Virus record (IMG/VR): IMGVR_UViG_3300032239_000183
Coordinates: 1 to 24,608 of that record
Length of the DNA: 24,608 nt
Source of the DNA: a virus
Taxonomy: Duplodnaviria; Caudoviricetes
Strand: one strand, 5' to 3'
The translations under genes and the position numbers were made by a program. The notes under the pieces are model-generated. The model was not told the origin of the DNA, ran no database searches, and was given only the letters and a program-made list of their open reading frames with translations. Shown one piece after another: positions 9,601 to 18,280 of this stretch (positions are counted from its first letter, which is position 1; every line of letters starts with the position of its first letter).

Positions 9601-12600
9601 CGGTTAAGACTGCTGAAGAGCGCCTTAAATACAAGCGTGGCTCGTTAGTGCGTGAGGGTAGTCTTGCAGGACAACTAATCCGCGTTTCTCGTGAGATGAG
9701 TTCAAAGGTTTATCGCAATCTTGCCGAGTCTTTACTGTCAACAATTGGCGATACTAAGATCAAAGTAGTATTTGATCCAAACCTTGATCCCAAAGAAGGT
9801 CTGGCTAAGTACGACCCCAAAACAAACACAATGACGTTTGGCCCATTTGGGTTTACAGAAACTGCCGTACTGCATGAGATAACGCACGCAGTTACAGCTA
9901 AGATCATTCGTCAGTTCTTTAAAGACCCATCTGTTTTGACTGAAAGACAGCGTAAGGGTGTTGAGCATCTGCAAACAATCTTTGCTTTGTCACAGAGCAA
10001 ACTGGGTAAGAAGTTCCCAGCGGCATTTAAGAATCTGTATGAGTTTGTTGCGTACTCAATGACTGACTTGAAGTTCCAAAATGAACTTGTCAAGATACAG
10101 TTAAATGATGCAGTCCGCGCTACAGGACGCGCCCGAGTGGGACAGGTAATACGTGACTATGAATTCCCTACAGGTAAAACTGTATGGGATGCGTTCACTA
10201 CAGCACTTGCTTACATTTACAAAGCCTTTACGCCTAGCAAGAGAAAGACTGACTATCTGGTTCCCGTTGAAAATTACGGCAACAGAAATGTTACTACAGG
10301 CGTGCAGGCGTTGCCTAAAGGCGCAAGGGACAAAATAACTGAAGCGGACGAAGCCTTCCTTGAAAGAATGCAGGAAAAGGGGCCACCCCTGCCCGATGAG
10401 ATTGCATTGCTCACGGGCGCTGACGAAGCCATTAAAGACGAAGAGTCCACCTTTGACGAAGGTATTAGCGATGGCGAAGCTGCCCTTGCTGGCGTTAAGA
10501 GCATTCCGTTCAATACAACTATGGATAGCCTTGCTCCGGGTATGACGGCCCGTGTTGGTGCAACCGTTACTAAAGGCGGCATCACTAATCTTCGTAAAGA
10601 TACGTACACACAGCCCGGCTACAAAGGTAACTTGCTAATAGAAGCTGCCGCAGCTTTTAACGACATTATGGTTGCGCCCGAAGCCGTAGAAGAAGTCCCA
10701 GAGTTGGCAACGCAAGGAAGCGCTGCTGCAACTCCACCAACACCTGCCGCTACTCCTGCGCCAGCTAAACCCGCAACGCCTAAGAATCAGCCAAAGGCTG
10801 AGACTACAGCTTCGTTTGAAGAACAAGTTGACTCTGCTACGGGTTCGCAGATGCCAAGGACAAAACAAAGTCTGTACAAACTGTTTACAACCGCAGAGGG
10901 CGGCAGGGAAATCATCCGTCGTTTTGCAAACAACCGCCATGCCATCAAAGCATGGGAAGCTGCAAACGAAATGGTTGGCAAGATCGTATACGCGGGCGAG
11001 AAGATTAATGCTGTGTACAACGAAATCACAATGTCCACAGGCCGTGCGCGTAACATATACGAGCGCGAATTAGAGCAAGACATTCAGTCCATCCATGACA
11101 TGATGCAGAAGTTAGCTGATAAAGCTGGCGTAGACTTTGACCGCACCCTTAAAACAATGCACGTCTTTGCCCGTACATTGCATGAGCGTGAGCGTCGCCA
11201 TATTAAGTTCTTGTTTTACGCGCCACTTGATTTAGCGTCTGCCACACGTCGTGGAGAAATCATCCAGAAGTTCCGCAAGGGCGACAAGATGACCGACAAG
11301 GAGATTGAAGGCTATCGCGGAGAGCTTGAGAAGTTTGCGAAACCAACAAGTCAGGGTGGTAATCTTGACGCGGTGAACGGCTACTCGTGGGTTAGTGATC
11401 CTACATCGTCAATCCGTATTGGGGATAAGAACATGTCTTACACCTCTGCTGATGAGCAGAGTACTCAGTACAACGTGATTGCTAATTATGATTTGCCTTC
11501 ACGGGAAGCTGCATACAAAGCATATGAGGGTTATGCGCATAAAGCTGAAGTCGATGCAATCCTAGAAAAGATTGAAGACCTCCAAAAGAAAACAATAAAG
11601 CTTAATAAAGACGCTAACTATTGGTCGCAACCCGTGGACAATGTTGTTAAGTTGTATGACTTTCAACACTACGTACCGTTTAAAGGCCGCGCTTACGATA
11701 AAGTTGATGATCAATTTGACATTAGAACAGGCGCTGGTAGGGAACTGCAAGAAGCGCAGAACACTTTTGAAGGTCGTGTTTCCGATTCTAATAACACGAT
11801 CGTGCAAACAATGCTTGATGCAACTCACGCCGCGGCGCGTGCTGGTCGCAGTGGTGTAGATGGACAAGGTTTAACTTTAGCGCTTAAAAATGCGGTGAAC
11901 TCCGGCATGATTAAGGGCGATGCAAAACTTAAAATTAAATTTGAAGACCGATATAAAGGTGAAATAGACGTAGCCAAGTTGCGCGGTAAGAATGCGATCT
12001 TCCATTACGAACCTGATGGAACAATCACAATCATCAAGATTGATGACCCACACCTGCGCGAAGCTATCCGCAGAACATACCGCGAAGCTAACCCCGTGGT
12101 GAGCGTGCTGAACTCTGCTACAAGTTTCTTTGGGCAGATGCACACCCGCTACAACATCCCATTTGCGCCGGCTAACTTCTTAATTGATGGATTAACTAAC
12201 ACATTTAACATAGCCGCTAAAGAAGGCTGGGGCGTTGGCGCTAGCTATTTAAAGCAGTTGATCGGTCAGCAGGTTCTTCATGGTGGTCTGTACAAGGCTG
12301 GTAAGTTTTCTGCTCTGTACACAGCTAAGAAATTTGGTGAGATTGAGCGCCTTGCCAAAACCGATCCAGACTTCAGGGATCTGAATGAGTATGTAAACGC
12401 TGGCGGTAAAGTGTCTTATATCCGGAGCTTGACTGCCGAAGGTTTGGCTGAAGATTTTGAAGCGGATATTAAGGGTAACAATGTATTTGTTACGACTAAA
12501 AAAGGTATAGATAAAGTAATTGACGTTTGGTCTGATTCTTTTGAATTGGCAAGCCGTGTAGCTGCGTACCGTATTCTTAAAGAACAGTACATGAAGAAAG

Positions 12601-13952
12601 GTATGAGCGAAGCAGAGGCAAAGCAGAAAGCCGTGGGCGATGGCAAAAACTTAGCTAACTTTGAACAGGTTGGTGAGTGGGGTCAGGCTATGGGCGCTAT
12701 GTTCATGTTCTTCCGCCCCGCTGCTACAGGCGCAGTGCGTGCAATCGAGGCTTTGGCTCCCGCGTTTGTTAGTGCGGACAAGGCCGTGAAGATGCTACCT
12801 AATGAGGGAACATTTGCTTACGAGTTTAAAGACGGTGAACGGGTCTATAAAAATCCTGAAGCCGTTAAAAAATACAAGAAGGAACATAACAAGCGCCAAC
12901 AACATGCTCGCGCTGTTGCAGGTGGTTTAATTGGCATGGGCATGATGGTTTACGCGATGGGCGCAGTGGCTGGTGGTGATGATGATCTGGGTCGCAACAA
13001 AGCTGAGACTGATGACATGGCTCGTTACACCCGCTACGCTCGGTTCCACTTCCGCGTGGGTGATAGAGACTTTGTGTTCCAACTGCCTTGGGGCTTTGGT
13101 CTTGGTGCTTTTGCTTCTGCTGGCGCTCAGATGGCGGGCTACGCACATGGTGCGGTCATGCGCCCAGAGGGAGATCGTAGTTTCTTTGGCATGTTAAGTA
13201 ACATCATGGAGGTTACTCAAGACTCATTCTTGCCCATACCGGTGTCTAGAATTGACAAATACGAGAAGCCAGCCGAGTGGTTGGCGGATACTTTTGCCCC
13301 ATCTATCTTGCGACCCATGATTGAGTACGCGATGAACACAGACGCGTTGGGTCGTGACATTTACAACGCTCAGAAGAGCCGAGTGAGTGAAGTGTTTGTC
13401 GGTGGCGATAGCGTACCCGAGTTGTACAAAGGTGCGGCAAAGATGCTTTACGACATTACCGGTGTGCCTGTATCGCCTAACGTAATGTATTTCTTTGCTA
13501 ATAACTACGCAGACGGCCTAGCCCGGGTGATGCACAACGGTGTCAATGTTGCGCAAGCTATGGTTGGCAATAAAGAGTTTGACCCCCGCACAGATACAGT
13601 CTTGTTTGACCGCTTCTTTGGCGCAGTGTCTAACGTCGATGCTAGGGAGTTTGCTAAAGTGTCCAAAGAAATTAAGGATATCTCTAGCACAATCAAAACT
13701 TTAAAGGATGACCCAGAGCGCTACGCTAAATATCTGTCTAAGAATCCTACACACGAGTTTATTGTTGAACACTATAACTCTGCAATCAATGGCACTTTAA
13801 AAGATTTCCAAGAGCAGAAGAACAATGTACGCAAGATGCAAGAGCTTTCACAAGCAGAGCGCACATCAATGCTACGTTACCTGACATTGGGTGAAAACAT
13901 TGTTAAGCGCGGAATCCTGCACGAATTCAACGCGCTTGATATTAAGCCCTAA
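6630..13952 (+). CDS. Large polyvalent (putative injected) protein with zincin-like metallopeptidase and C-terminal LPD38-like domain (2440 aa)
   Basis: HEITH at 9873-9887 with a downstream Glu in NLYEFVAY (10041). C-terminal motifs FELASRVAAY, FQLPWGFG and PSILRPMIEYAMNTDALGRDIY are LPD38-like. Last gene of the virion block. Confidence 0.75.
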   Translation: MPTYQVDVGNKTYEVDAPDPNTAWRWANSTHSTQETKAKERTAGEAVTDVGAGLLSGLGSLGQFPGQLYGLATGDFSKTGLYGAAQELEEYGKGLKSKGLQAREAAAQRAVQEAQKKGEWEAFKTSIGQTVSDPALLANFFAEQLPQQLPAALAAIGTPAASAEVAALRATAQKAAAGVAKQEAETAAKKAAVDLGAKSAVRTAAVQQGADVGTGTYEAMYKYLTEQQKMGEQEAADATINYARAAGLGGAALSLLAQKLPGSQAFERALAGEKTGMGRITGALAGAIKEAPGENIEEVGGRALQNLAMRQVNPKQALTEGFGETAAQATLGAVGMGGAAGIASGGGKAATEGGTKTAEEADALDAIKQGEQTAEEKPPEEQPNAIKKAIKEQKRSQIAKTSTDLEQLNGILNQYNEMLAKAEAAGTISNSFNTNIATARNNLAKRIEGLTTAGVADATKPIESAGGEGAGVDLQSNTGTNTQGAATPPADGVVLTEPNAGKPPTGAGGQPPAVNVQVKGSQAQNLRNKRKQQKIDPADLPIGAEDPIEQEEREQAKWYGLDYDSYITQAGLDEDRFYTDLQAAEIKAAAGRFKLDLGDYASDAGFDDNRFWNDVDSLKDASKEKAPAPQRGAFQELPDKASIAGQTDEDLQKTVDELRQQKREGLYKLSKEEQELYNEQRQAHSENIEQSAKEIAEELINEQGNLPEATAEDIEDDKGFVTEQLGKLLKLPSFSDLTPYEKGIYFGGQAAKFGNSVAEHIDATQRLLEYRADLLAVQRDARKKARNEAKRGGASKESTEVAAKAAADEARKDFEIQHSYEQNKPSTLPNWNSLSEENKQVYRDTVQQGSPAEQELAFRKIRKTETKFSQSEAEDKRQREQQANDDLVAQMHAATEAMIENDPKSQGDALTVQMIRRLQEGDVKGVLQWLSDNARGAKTAPLTRVGITKAEIKTQKVKQEEYLKLVAENERKRLLETEEDPVSIERKVKQAVKTAEERLKYKRGSLVREGSLAGQLIRVSREMSSKVYRNLAESLLSTIGDTKIKVVFDPNLDPKEGLAKYDPKTNTMTFGPFGFTETAVLHEITHAVTAKIIRQFFKDPSVLTERQRKGVEHLQTIFALSQSKLGKKFPAAFKNLYEFVAYSMTDLKFQNELVKIQLNDAVRATGRARVGQVIRDYEFPTGKTVWDAFTTALAYIYKAFTPSKRKTDYLVPVENYGNRNVTTGVQALPKGARDKITEADEAFLERMQEKGPPLPDEIALLTGADEAIKDEESTFDEGISDGEAALAGVKSIPFNTTMDSLAPGMTARVGATVTKGGITNLRKDTYTQPGYKGNLLIEAAAAFNDIMVAPEAVEEVPELATQGSAAATPPTPAATPAPAKPATPKNQPKAETTASFEEQVDSATGSQMPRTKQSLYKLFTTAEGGREIIRRFANNRHAIKAWEAANEMVGKIVYAGEKINAVYNEITMSTGRARNIYERELEQDIQSIHDMMQKLADKAGVDFDRTLKTMHVFARTLHERERRHIKFLFYAPLDLASATRRGEIIQKFRKGDKMTDKEIEGYRGELEKFAKPTSQGGNLDAVNGYSWVSDPTSSIRIGDKNMSYTSADEQSTQYNVIANYDLPSREAAYKAYEGYAHKAEVDAILEKIEDLQKKTIKLNKDANYWSQPVDNVVKLYDFQHYVPFKGRAYDKVDDQFDIRTGAGRELQEAQNTFEGRVSDSNNTIVQTMLDATHAAARAGRSGVDGQGLTLALKNAVNSGMIKGDAKLKIKFEDRYKGEIDVAKLRGKNAIFHYEPDGTITIIKIDDPHLREAIRRTYREANPVVSVLNSATSFFGQMHTRYNIPFAPANFLIDGLTNTFNIAAKEGWGVGASYLKQLIGQQVLHGGLYKAGKFSALYTAKKFGEIERLAKTDPDFRDLNEYVNAGGKVSYIRSLTAEGLAEDFEADIKGNNVFVTTKKGIDKVIDVWSDSFELASRVAAYRILKEQYMKKGMSEAEAKQKAVGDGKNLANFEQVGEWGQAMGAMFMFFRPAATGAVRAIEALAPAFVSADKAVKMLPNEGTFAYEFKDGERVYKNPEAVKKYKKEHNKRQQHARAVAGGLIGMGMMVYAMGAVAGGDDDLGRNKAETDDMARYTRYARFHFRVGDRDFVFQLPWGFGLGAFASAGAQMAGYAHGAVMRPEGDRSFFGMLSNIMEVTQDSFLPIPVSRIDKYEKPAEWLADTFAPSILRPMIEYAMNTDALGRDIYNAQKSRVSEVFVGGDSVPELYKGAAKMLYDITGVPVSPNVMYFFANNYADGLARVMHNGVNVAQAMVGNKEFDPRTDTVLFDRFFGAVSNVDAREFAKVSKEIKDISSTIKTLKDDPERYAKYLSKNPTHEFIVEHYNSAINGTLKDFQEQKNNVRKMQELSQAERTSMLRYLTLGENIVKRGILHEFNALDIKP
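7999..8172 (+). CDS. Nested overprinted small protein (57 aa) in the +1 frame of the giant gene
   Basis: AGGAG at 7988-7992, 6-nt spacer, ATG 7999, TAA 8170-8172. Translation MLQNLSNQQVEKALAWIYNPIPEPIPKELRHLQQMEWFLLSRMLESLLQEQEDSPLQ. The host frame here is a low-complexity linker with unusual GGA codon use. Confidence 0.65.
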   Translation: MLQNLSNQQVEKALAWIYNPIPEPIPKELRHLQQMEWFLLSRMLESLLQEQEDSPLQ

Positions 13953-14173
13953 TTGATACGCCATGCACGAACACCGAGGAATCCATCCTCGGTTGTCTTA
14001 TGCACTTTTATACCTATACCCTCCCGTTTAGCACCATTCTGTATTGCGTACAGCATGTATGCAGGGCGCAGAGTCGGTATGAAGAAACTCTGCCCCACTT
14101 GCATTTGACTAAACGGAAAGATCCACTCCGGCTCTTCCAGTGGCATTGCCTCCGGTGGGCTCTTCTTCGACAT
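13949..14173 (-). CDS. Small conserved phage protein (74 aa), possibly nucleic-acid binding
   Basis: GGAG RBS 9 nt before the ATG. FPF..M.VG.SFFIP...GVR.WR motif recalled from small phage proteins. Overlaps the primase 3' end by 65 nt. Confidence 0.75.
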   Translation of the reverse strand: MSKKSPPEAMPLEEPEWIFPFSQMQVGQSFFIPTLRPAYMLYAIQNGAKREGIGIKVHKTTEDGFLGVRAWRIN

Positions 14174-17039
14174 GTTTGATTACTCCGCTTAAATCCGTTT
14201 TGAACTCATAGACATAGACACTTGCTATGCCCGCCGCGGCCTTCCATCCCGTACCAAGGCGTACCTTTTTATCAGTACTAACTAGAACACCGCTGTTCTT
14301 AAGCGCTTCCTCAAAAGCTTTGACACCCGCCTGACCTTTGGCAAGGAACTCTTTAAGTGGTGTCTTAGCAATCTGCAGTATCCCTAGATCAGCATCTGCT
14401 CGCATGATTAACGCATTGCGCGGTTCCATTACAACTTTGTTATCACGGAAAGCCAACATGCTTGGCAGGTTTTGGTTCAGGAACTCACCAAGCATATTCT
14501 CGTAGTCGATGCCACGAGTTGTGTTCTGCTTGATGAGGTTGCGAGTCTCGACCAACATGTACTGATATACACGTTCAATGTCGATGTTAATGATGCCTTC
14601 TTCTACGGCAATTTCTCCGGCAGCAAACACAGCCGAATACATACTGTTAATGAAGCGATACTCACTTGAGTTAGTTAGCTCTGAGGACAGGCGCAGTCTC
14701 CAACGATTAATGCGTTCACGAACTTCTTCCTCGGGTACATTGAGCAAAGCGGCAATGAAGCGTGGGCCTGCATGACCATAGTGAAAGTGAAACGGCTCAA
14801 ACATCTCTATGCCGCGTTTATCATCTAACTCAAAGCCGGGGACTAATGGCTTCTTGACTGTGAACTCCAAGTAGCGCACTTCTTCTGCGCCCACGTTCTT
14901 TTTGTATTGAGCGATCTTCTCCCGTGCAGATTGATTCATGTTAATCATAGATAACAAACAGGACATAAGCGACAGAGGCCGCTCGGCGTTTGTTGATGAC
15001 TGCAACCTGATCTTGCCCCGACCTGCACATAGCGCATAGATTAGCTTAGACAGTGACTCACCTGAAGCGTTAGAGAACTCATCCAAACCAAACATATGAT
15101 TCTTAAGAGTCAGCATACGCTGAATCAAACCATTGTCCGTCGCCTCCATAACTGCAAGAGGTTTAGGTTCGCCATAAACACTTAGGCCAGCATACAACGC
15201 ACCTGATTTACCAACGCCTGTTTCACCAAGCAGACCTACAACCGCGCCATGCACGTTTGTGTACTTGAGCAAGGGTGACCCTAAAGCATATAACAATGCA
15301 AACGCATGGAACTCATATCCCGGATCGTTCAACATGTCAGCCGCTTTGCGCCAACCCTCGTATGTGCCCTTAGTTTTGAGCAGATTAGCAATCGGTTTAG
15401 ACAGTGGTGATGGCGGGCATTCGCTAACCTTTCCGTTGGGGTGATACTCTTTATCGCCAAGCACGTAGCCTGTCTCTGTCCAGCCCTGCTGAATGCGCAT
15501 GGTCTGCGCAGAATCTGTCTCAATCATGTAGTTACCCCATTTGGTTATGTATGTCATTAGTAATTGCACTTTCGTTGGGTTATCAAAGAACACTCCATTG
15601 CTGGACATAATCTTTTTAAATTCTTCTTGAGCCGATACAGACTTCATCGGCAACATAAACTCCCTTGCACCGTCGCGTGGCAATACAAGCCTCATGCTTA
15701 AACACTCACCGTCATACGGACTGAACAAACGCTTCGTTGGGTACAGGTCGTACTTAGTTAGCAGGATTGGGTCATGCTCTGTGATCGATCCATCCTTGTT
15801 CGTCTTCGTTGGTGGTTGGTAATAGATGCCGCCATGCACGCCTTTAACAAACGGCTTTAAGTAGTCCGGTAGGTGGAGAGGTGCGTCTTTCGGAATCTCC
15901 CGAACTGACTCCGCTTCATCGGTGGTGTCTTGCGTTGGCTCGGGTTCAACTGGGGCTTTGGCGATAAGGAATGTTTTTCCAAGGGCGTAGGGTGATCTAA
16001 ACTTTCCTTTGAATTGGCATCCCTCACATCCTTTTGGATTCTTGTGTTTGAATCTGTCCTCAATAACAGTGCAGGTGTGCGTTCCTTCGATTGCCTTGCG
16101 TATCTCATTGCGCTTTCTCTCCGTTTCATCGTGTGTATAGTCTTCGTGTTCATTGGATGCCATGTGCGTTGCTTCATCAGCGTCAACACAAGCTTCGGCA
16201 ATCGTTAGAACTGAATGCCACATAGGTTCATCAGCATCGTTCTGATGTGTCAGATACCACTTAAGTTGGTTACAGCCCTTGCCTTCCATGCTATCGACAG
16301 CAATCTTGTCAAAACGAAACTCGTAGTTGTCCATGCCAAGCATCTTGCGAGTCTCGTCATCGATCCCCTTTTGAACACTCTTCAAACTAAACACACCGTC
16401 ATCCGGGGCCGCATCGATCTCAACGCTATCTAATAGCGCAGTCAGATCTTCAAACGGATACGTAATCAAGTCTGTGAGCAAAGCGGTCGGTAGAGGCGGA
16501 ACATTAGGGCGCTTTTCCTTGCCCCAGTTCAACGTATCAGGGCAACGAATCAATCGTGCCGCATCTGCTGGAACAGCGGTATCAATCTCAAACCCAAGGT
16601 CAAGCGCAAGCTTCTTAAACTTTTCAGCATGGGGTTTCCAAACTGATGTAGCAACTTGTTCGTCAAAGATCCAATACGCATACAACCCTCTCCCAGAGTT
16701 GAGACGTACAGGTTCAGGGAATCCTGAATCCGTGATGAACTTGTCGAGCGCCAACATGCCATCCTCTTGAGTGGCATATGGCTTGTCTTCTCCACAATCA
16801 ATGTCCAAAAAGAAGGACTTGATGTAGATACTGTTTATTGCCTGTCGGCTGAATCCTTCAAACGTGCTAGGTGTGAAGTATGTATTCATGCCATCTTGAG
16901 AGTTGAAATAATCAATCAGCTCAAGAACTTCGTCTACTGTTTCGCAATACCGAGGAATGATCTTCCCCTGCATATTGATCCCTGCCACGCAGTAGTAGCC
17001 CTGCGTAGGCGATATTGTTTCGTAAAATTGTTTAGTCAT
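14109..17039 (-). CDS. Primase-helicase: AEP/RepB-like primase, Cys-rich domain and DUF927 P-loop helicase (976 aa)
   Basis: FFLDIDCG (DxD), NSGRGLYAYW and DAARLIRCP primase motifs. GCNQL...HTC...CEGC cysteine cluster. Walker A GETGVGKS, Walker B FGLDE, and HYGHAG. Start taken as MTKQFY (17039). Confidence 0.85.
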   Translation of the reverse strand: MTKQFYETISPTQGYYCVAGINMQGKIIPRYCETVDEVLELIDYFNSQDGMNTYFTPSTFEGFSRQAINSIYIKSFFLDIDCGEDKPYATQEDGMLALDKFITDSGFPEPVRLNSGRGLYAYWIFDEQVATSVWKPHAEKFKKLALDLGFEIDTAVPADAARLIRCPDTLNWGKEKRPNVPPLPTALLTDLITYPFEDLTALLDSVEIDAAPDDGVFSLKSVQKGIDDETRKMLGMDNYEFRFDKIAVDSMEGKGCNQLKWYLTHQNDADEPMWHSVLTIAEACVDADEATHMASNEHEDYTHDETERKRNEIRKAIEGTHTCTVIEDRFKHKNPKGCEGCQFKGKFRSPYALGKTFLIAKAPVEPEPTQDTTDEAESVREIPKDAPLHLPDYLKPFVKGVHGGIYYQPPTKTNKDGSITEHDPILLTKYDLYPTKRLFSPYDGECLSMRLVLPRDGAREFMLPMKSVSAQEEFKKIMSSNGVFFDNPTKVQLLMTYITKWGNYMIETDSAQTMRIQQGWTETGYVLGDKEYHPNGKVSECPPSPLSKPIANLLKTKGTYEGWRKAADMLNDPGYEFHAFALLYALGSPLLKYTNVHGAVVGLLGETGVGKSGALYAGLSVYGEPKPLAVMEATDNGLIQRMLTLKNHMFGLDEFSNASGESLSKLIYALCAGRGKIRLQSSTNAERPLSLMSCLLSMINMNQSAREKIAQYKKNVGAEEVRYLEFTVKKPLVPGFELDDKRGIEMFEPFHFHYGHAGPRFIAALLNVPEEEVRERINRWRLRLSSELTNSSEYRFINSMYSAVFAAGEIAVEEGIINIDIERVYQYMLVETRNLIKQNTTRGIDYENMLGEFLNQNLPSMLAFRDNKVVMEPRNALIMRADADLGILQIAKTPLKEFLAKGQAGVKAFEEALKNSGVLVSTDKKVRLGTGWKAAAGIASVYVYEFKTDLSGVIKHVEEEPTGGNATGRAGVDLSV

Positions 17040-17058
17040 TGGATCGCAGAGACAATTA

Positions 17059-17078
17059 GGGCGGGAACTAGCCCGCCC
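17059..17078 (-). promoter_or_regulatory. GC-rich hairpin between the HTH and primase genes
   Basis: Minus strand GGGCGGG-CTAGTT-CCCGCCC, 7-bp stem, no clear U-tract. Confidence 0.55.
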
Positions 17079-17089
17079 AACTAGCAAAC

Positions 17090-17407
17090 TTATTTGCTTT
17101 TGAATGTCTTACGAACTTGGGCTAGATAGACTTTTGCTTTCTTAAGATTAACTGCTGGCAGAATCCCCGTCTTAATGTCATCCTCGACCTTATTCATAAA
17201 TCGTTCAATAGCGCCGTGTCTGGCACTACGAATCGGCTTACCACGAAACCAACTGTGTATCGTCATGCGTGATACACCGAAGACAGGGGCAAGGTGCTGA
17301 GTCGGTAAGTTTGCTCTTACACAAACACGCGCTAACTCAGTACCAAGCCGACCATCCATTTCGTTGTCGAGGGCTTGCAGTAATTCCAATCCGTAGGGTC
17401 GCGCCAT
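17090..17407 (-). CDS. Cro/C1-type HTH DNA-binding protein (105 aa)
   Basis: LPTQHLAPVFGVSRMTIHSWFRG HTH pattern. ATG 17407 follows the upstream stop (TAA-T-ATG). Confidence 0.8.
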   Translation of the reverse strand: MARPYGLELLQALDNEMDGRLGTELARVCVRANLPTQHLAPVFGVSRMTIHSWFRGKPIRSARHGAIERFMNKVEDDIKTGILPAVNLKKAKVYLAQVRKTFKSK

Positions 17408-17408
17408 A

Positions 17409-18248
17409 TTATTTTTTAGTCCACTTCTTGATGATCTCTGTTGCATCCTCTACAGGTTCAACAGCGGCCTTCTTCACGCTCTCGCGCTTTACAGGTTCAG
17501 CTAAAGCAGGTGCTTCAACTTCATCGGGTGAGTCAGCTTGGAACACTGTCAGTTTGATAGCGTTCTCTGCCGCCATGCTCTTGCTCTGCTTCATGATTGT
17601 GTCTTTCAACTCAGGCGGTACTGCTTGAGCAGGAGAGAACAGCACGCGAGGCACAGGAGCCTTGATATCGAATTGCATCTTGGTAATGATCTTGCCTGCA
17701 CTCACGTTGTTGTTAGCCAACATTTGAATGAAGGGGCGGAAAGGCCATCTGCCGTTTTCCTCTTTACCAAACGCGCTCATCGCTGGCAACACCAACTGAT
17801 ACACATCGCCTGCGGGATCATTAGGCAATACCACGGCAGTGCGCCATGACAACTTGCACTTGGTTCCGTTACCGCCTTGACCGCTTCCTTTAACAGAGTT
17901 AGGGCAGTTGTCGCACGAAGCCGCTGCCGGCGTTGGTACAGATGGGTCAGGCTTCTTAGAGTCACTAGACCAGCAAGAAGGTGAAGTCTTCTCGCCCTCA
18001 CGATATGCGCCTTCGTAGCAAGTACGTGACGCTTCGTGTGCCATCTTTACAAAGATGACGTTCATCCAATTCTCTTCGTTGACGCTGACTTCTTTGCCAC
18101 CAACGATCTTGCGGAACACTCGTCCCTTGATCGAAATGCGCTTAGAGCCTTTCGTTGCACCGCCTGCTACAGCAAGCGTATCTTCATCAAGCCCTTGTTC
18201 AATAAGGGCTGGGTTATTCTCAAAAAAGTTTGCGAGTTCGTTACTCAT
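17409..18248 (-). CDS. Conserved phage replication protein, putative Zn-binding ssDNA-binding protein (279 aa)
   Basis: GGAG RBS. CWSSD...CDNCP...GS...G..C four-Cys pattern and a flexible charged tail. Lies between helicase and primase. CDS is clear; function is inferred. Confidence 0.6.
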   Translation of the reverse strand: MSNELANFFENNPALIEQGLDEDTLAVAGGATKGSKRISIKGRVFRKIVGGKEVSVNEENWMNVIFVKMAHEASRTCYEGAYREGEKTSPSCWSSDSKKPDPSVPTPAAASCDNCPNSVKGSGQGGNGTKCKLSWRTAVVLPNDPAGDVYQLVLPAMSAFGKEENGRWPFRPFIQMLANNNVSAGKIITKMQFDIKAPVPRVLFSPAQAVPPELKDTIMKQSKSMAAENAIKLTVFQADSPDEVEAPALAEPVKRESVKKAAVEPVEDATEIIKKWTKK

Positions 18249-18280
18249 TTATTTCTCCGACTGTTTTAAAACTGATTTAA

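Noticed and set aside
15857-15919. Alternate-frame mini-ORF MKRSQFGRFRK... in the primase linker
   Set aside because: Only 20 codons and no RBS.
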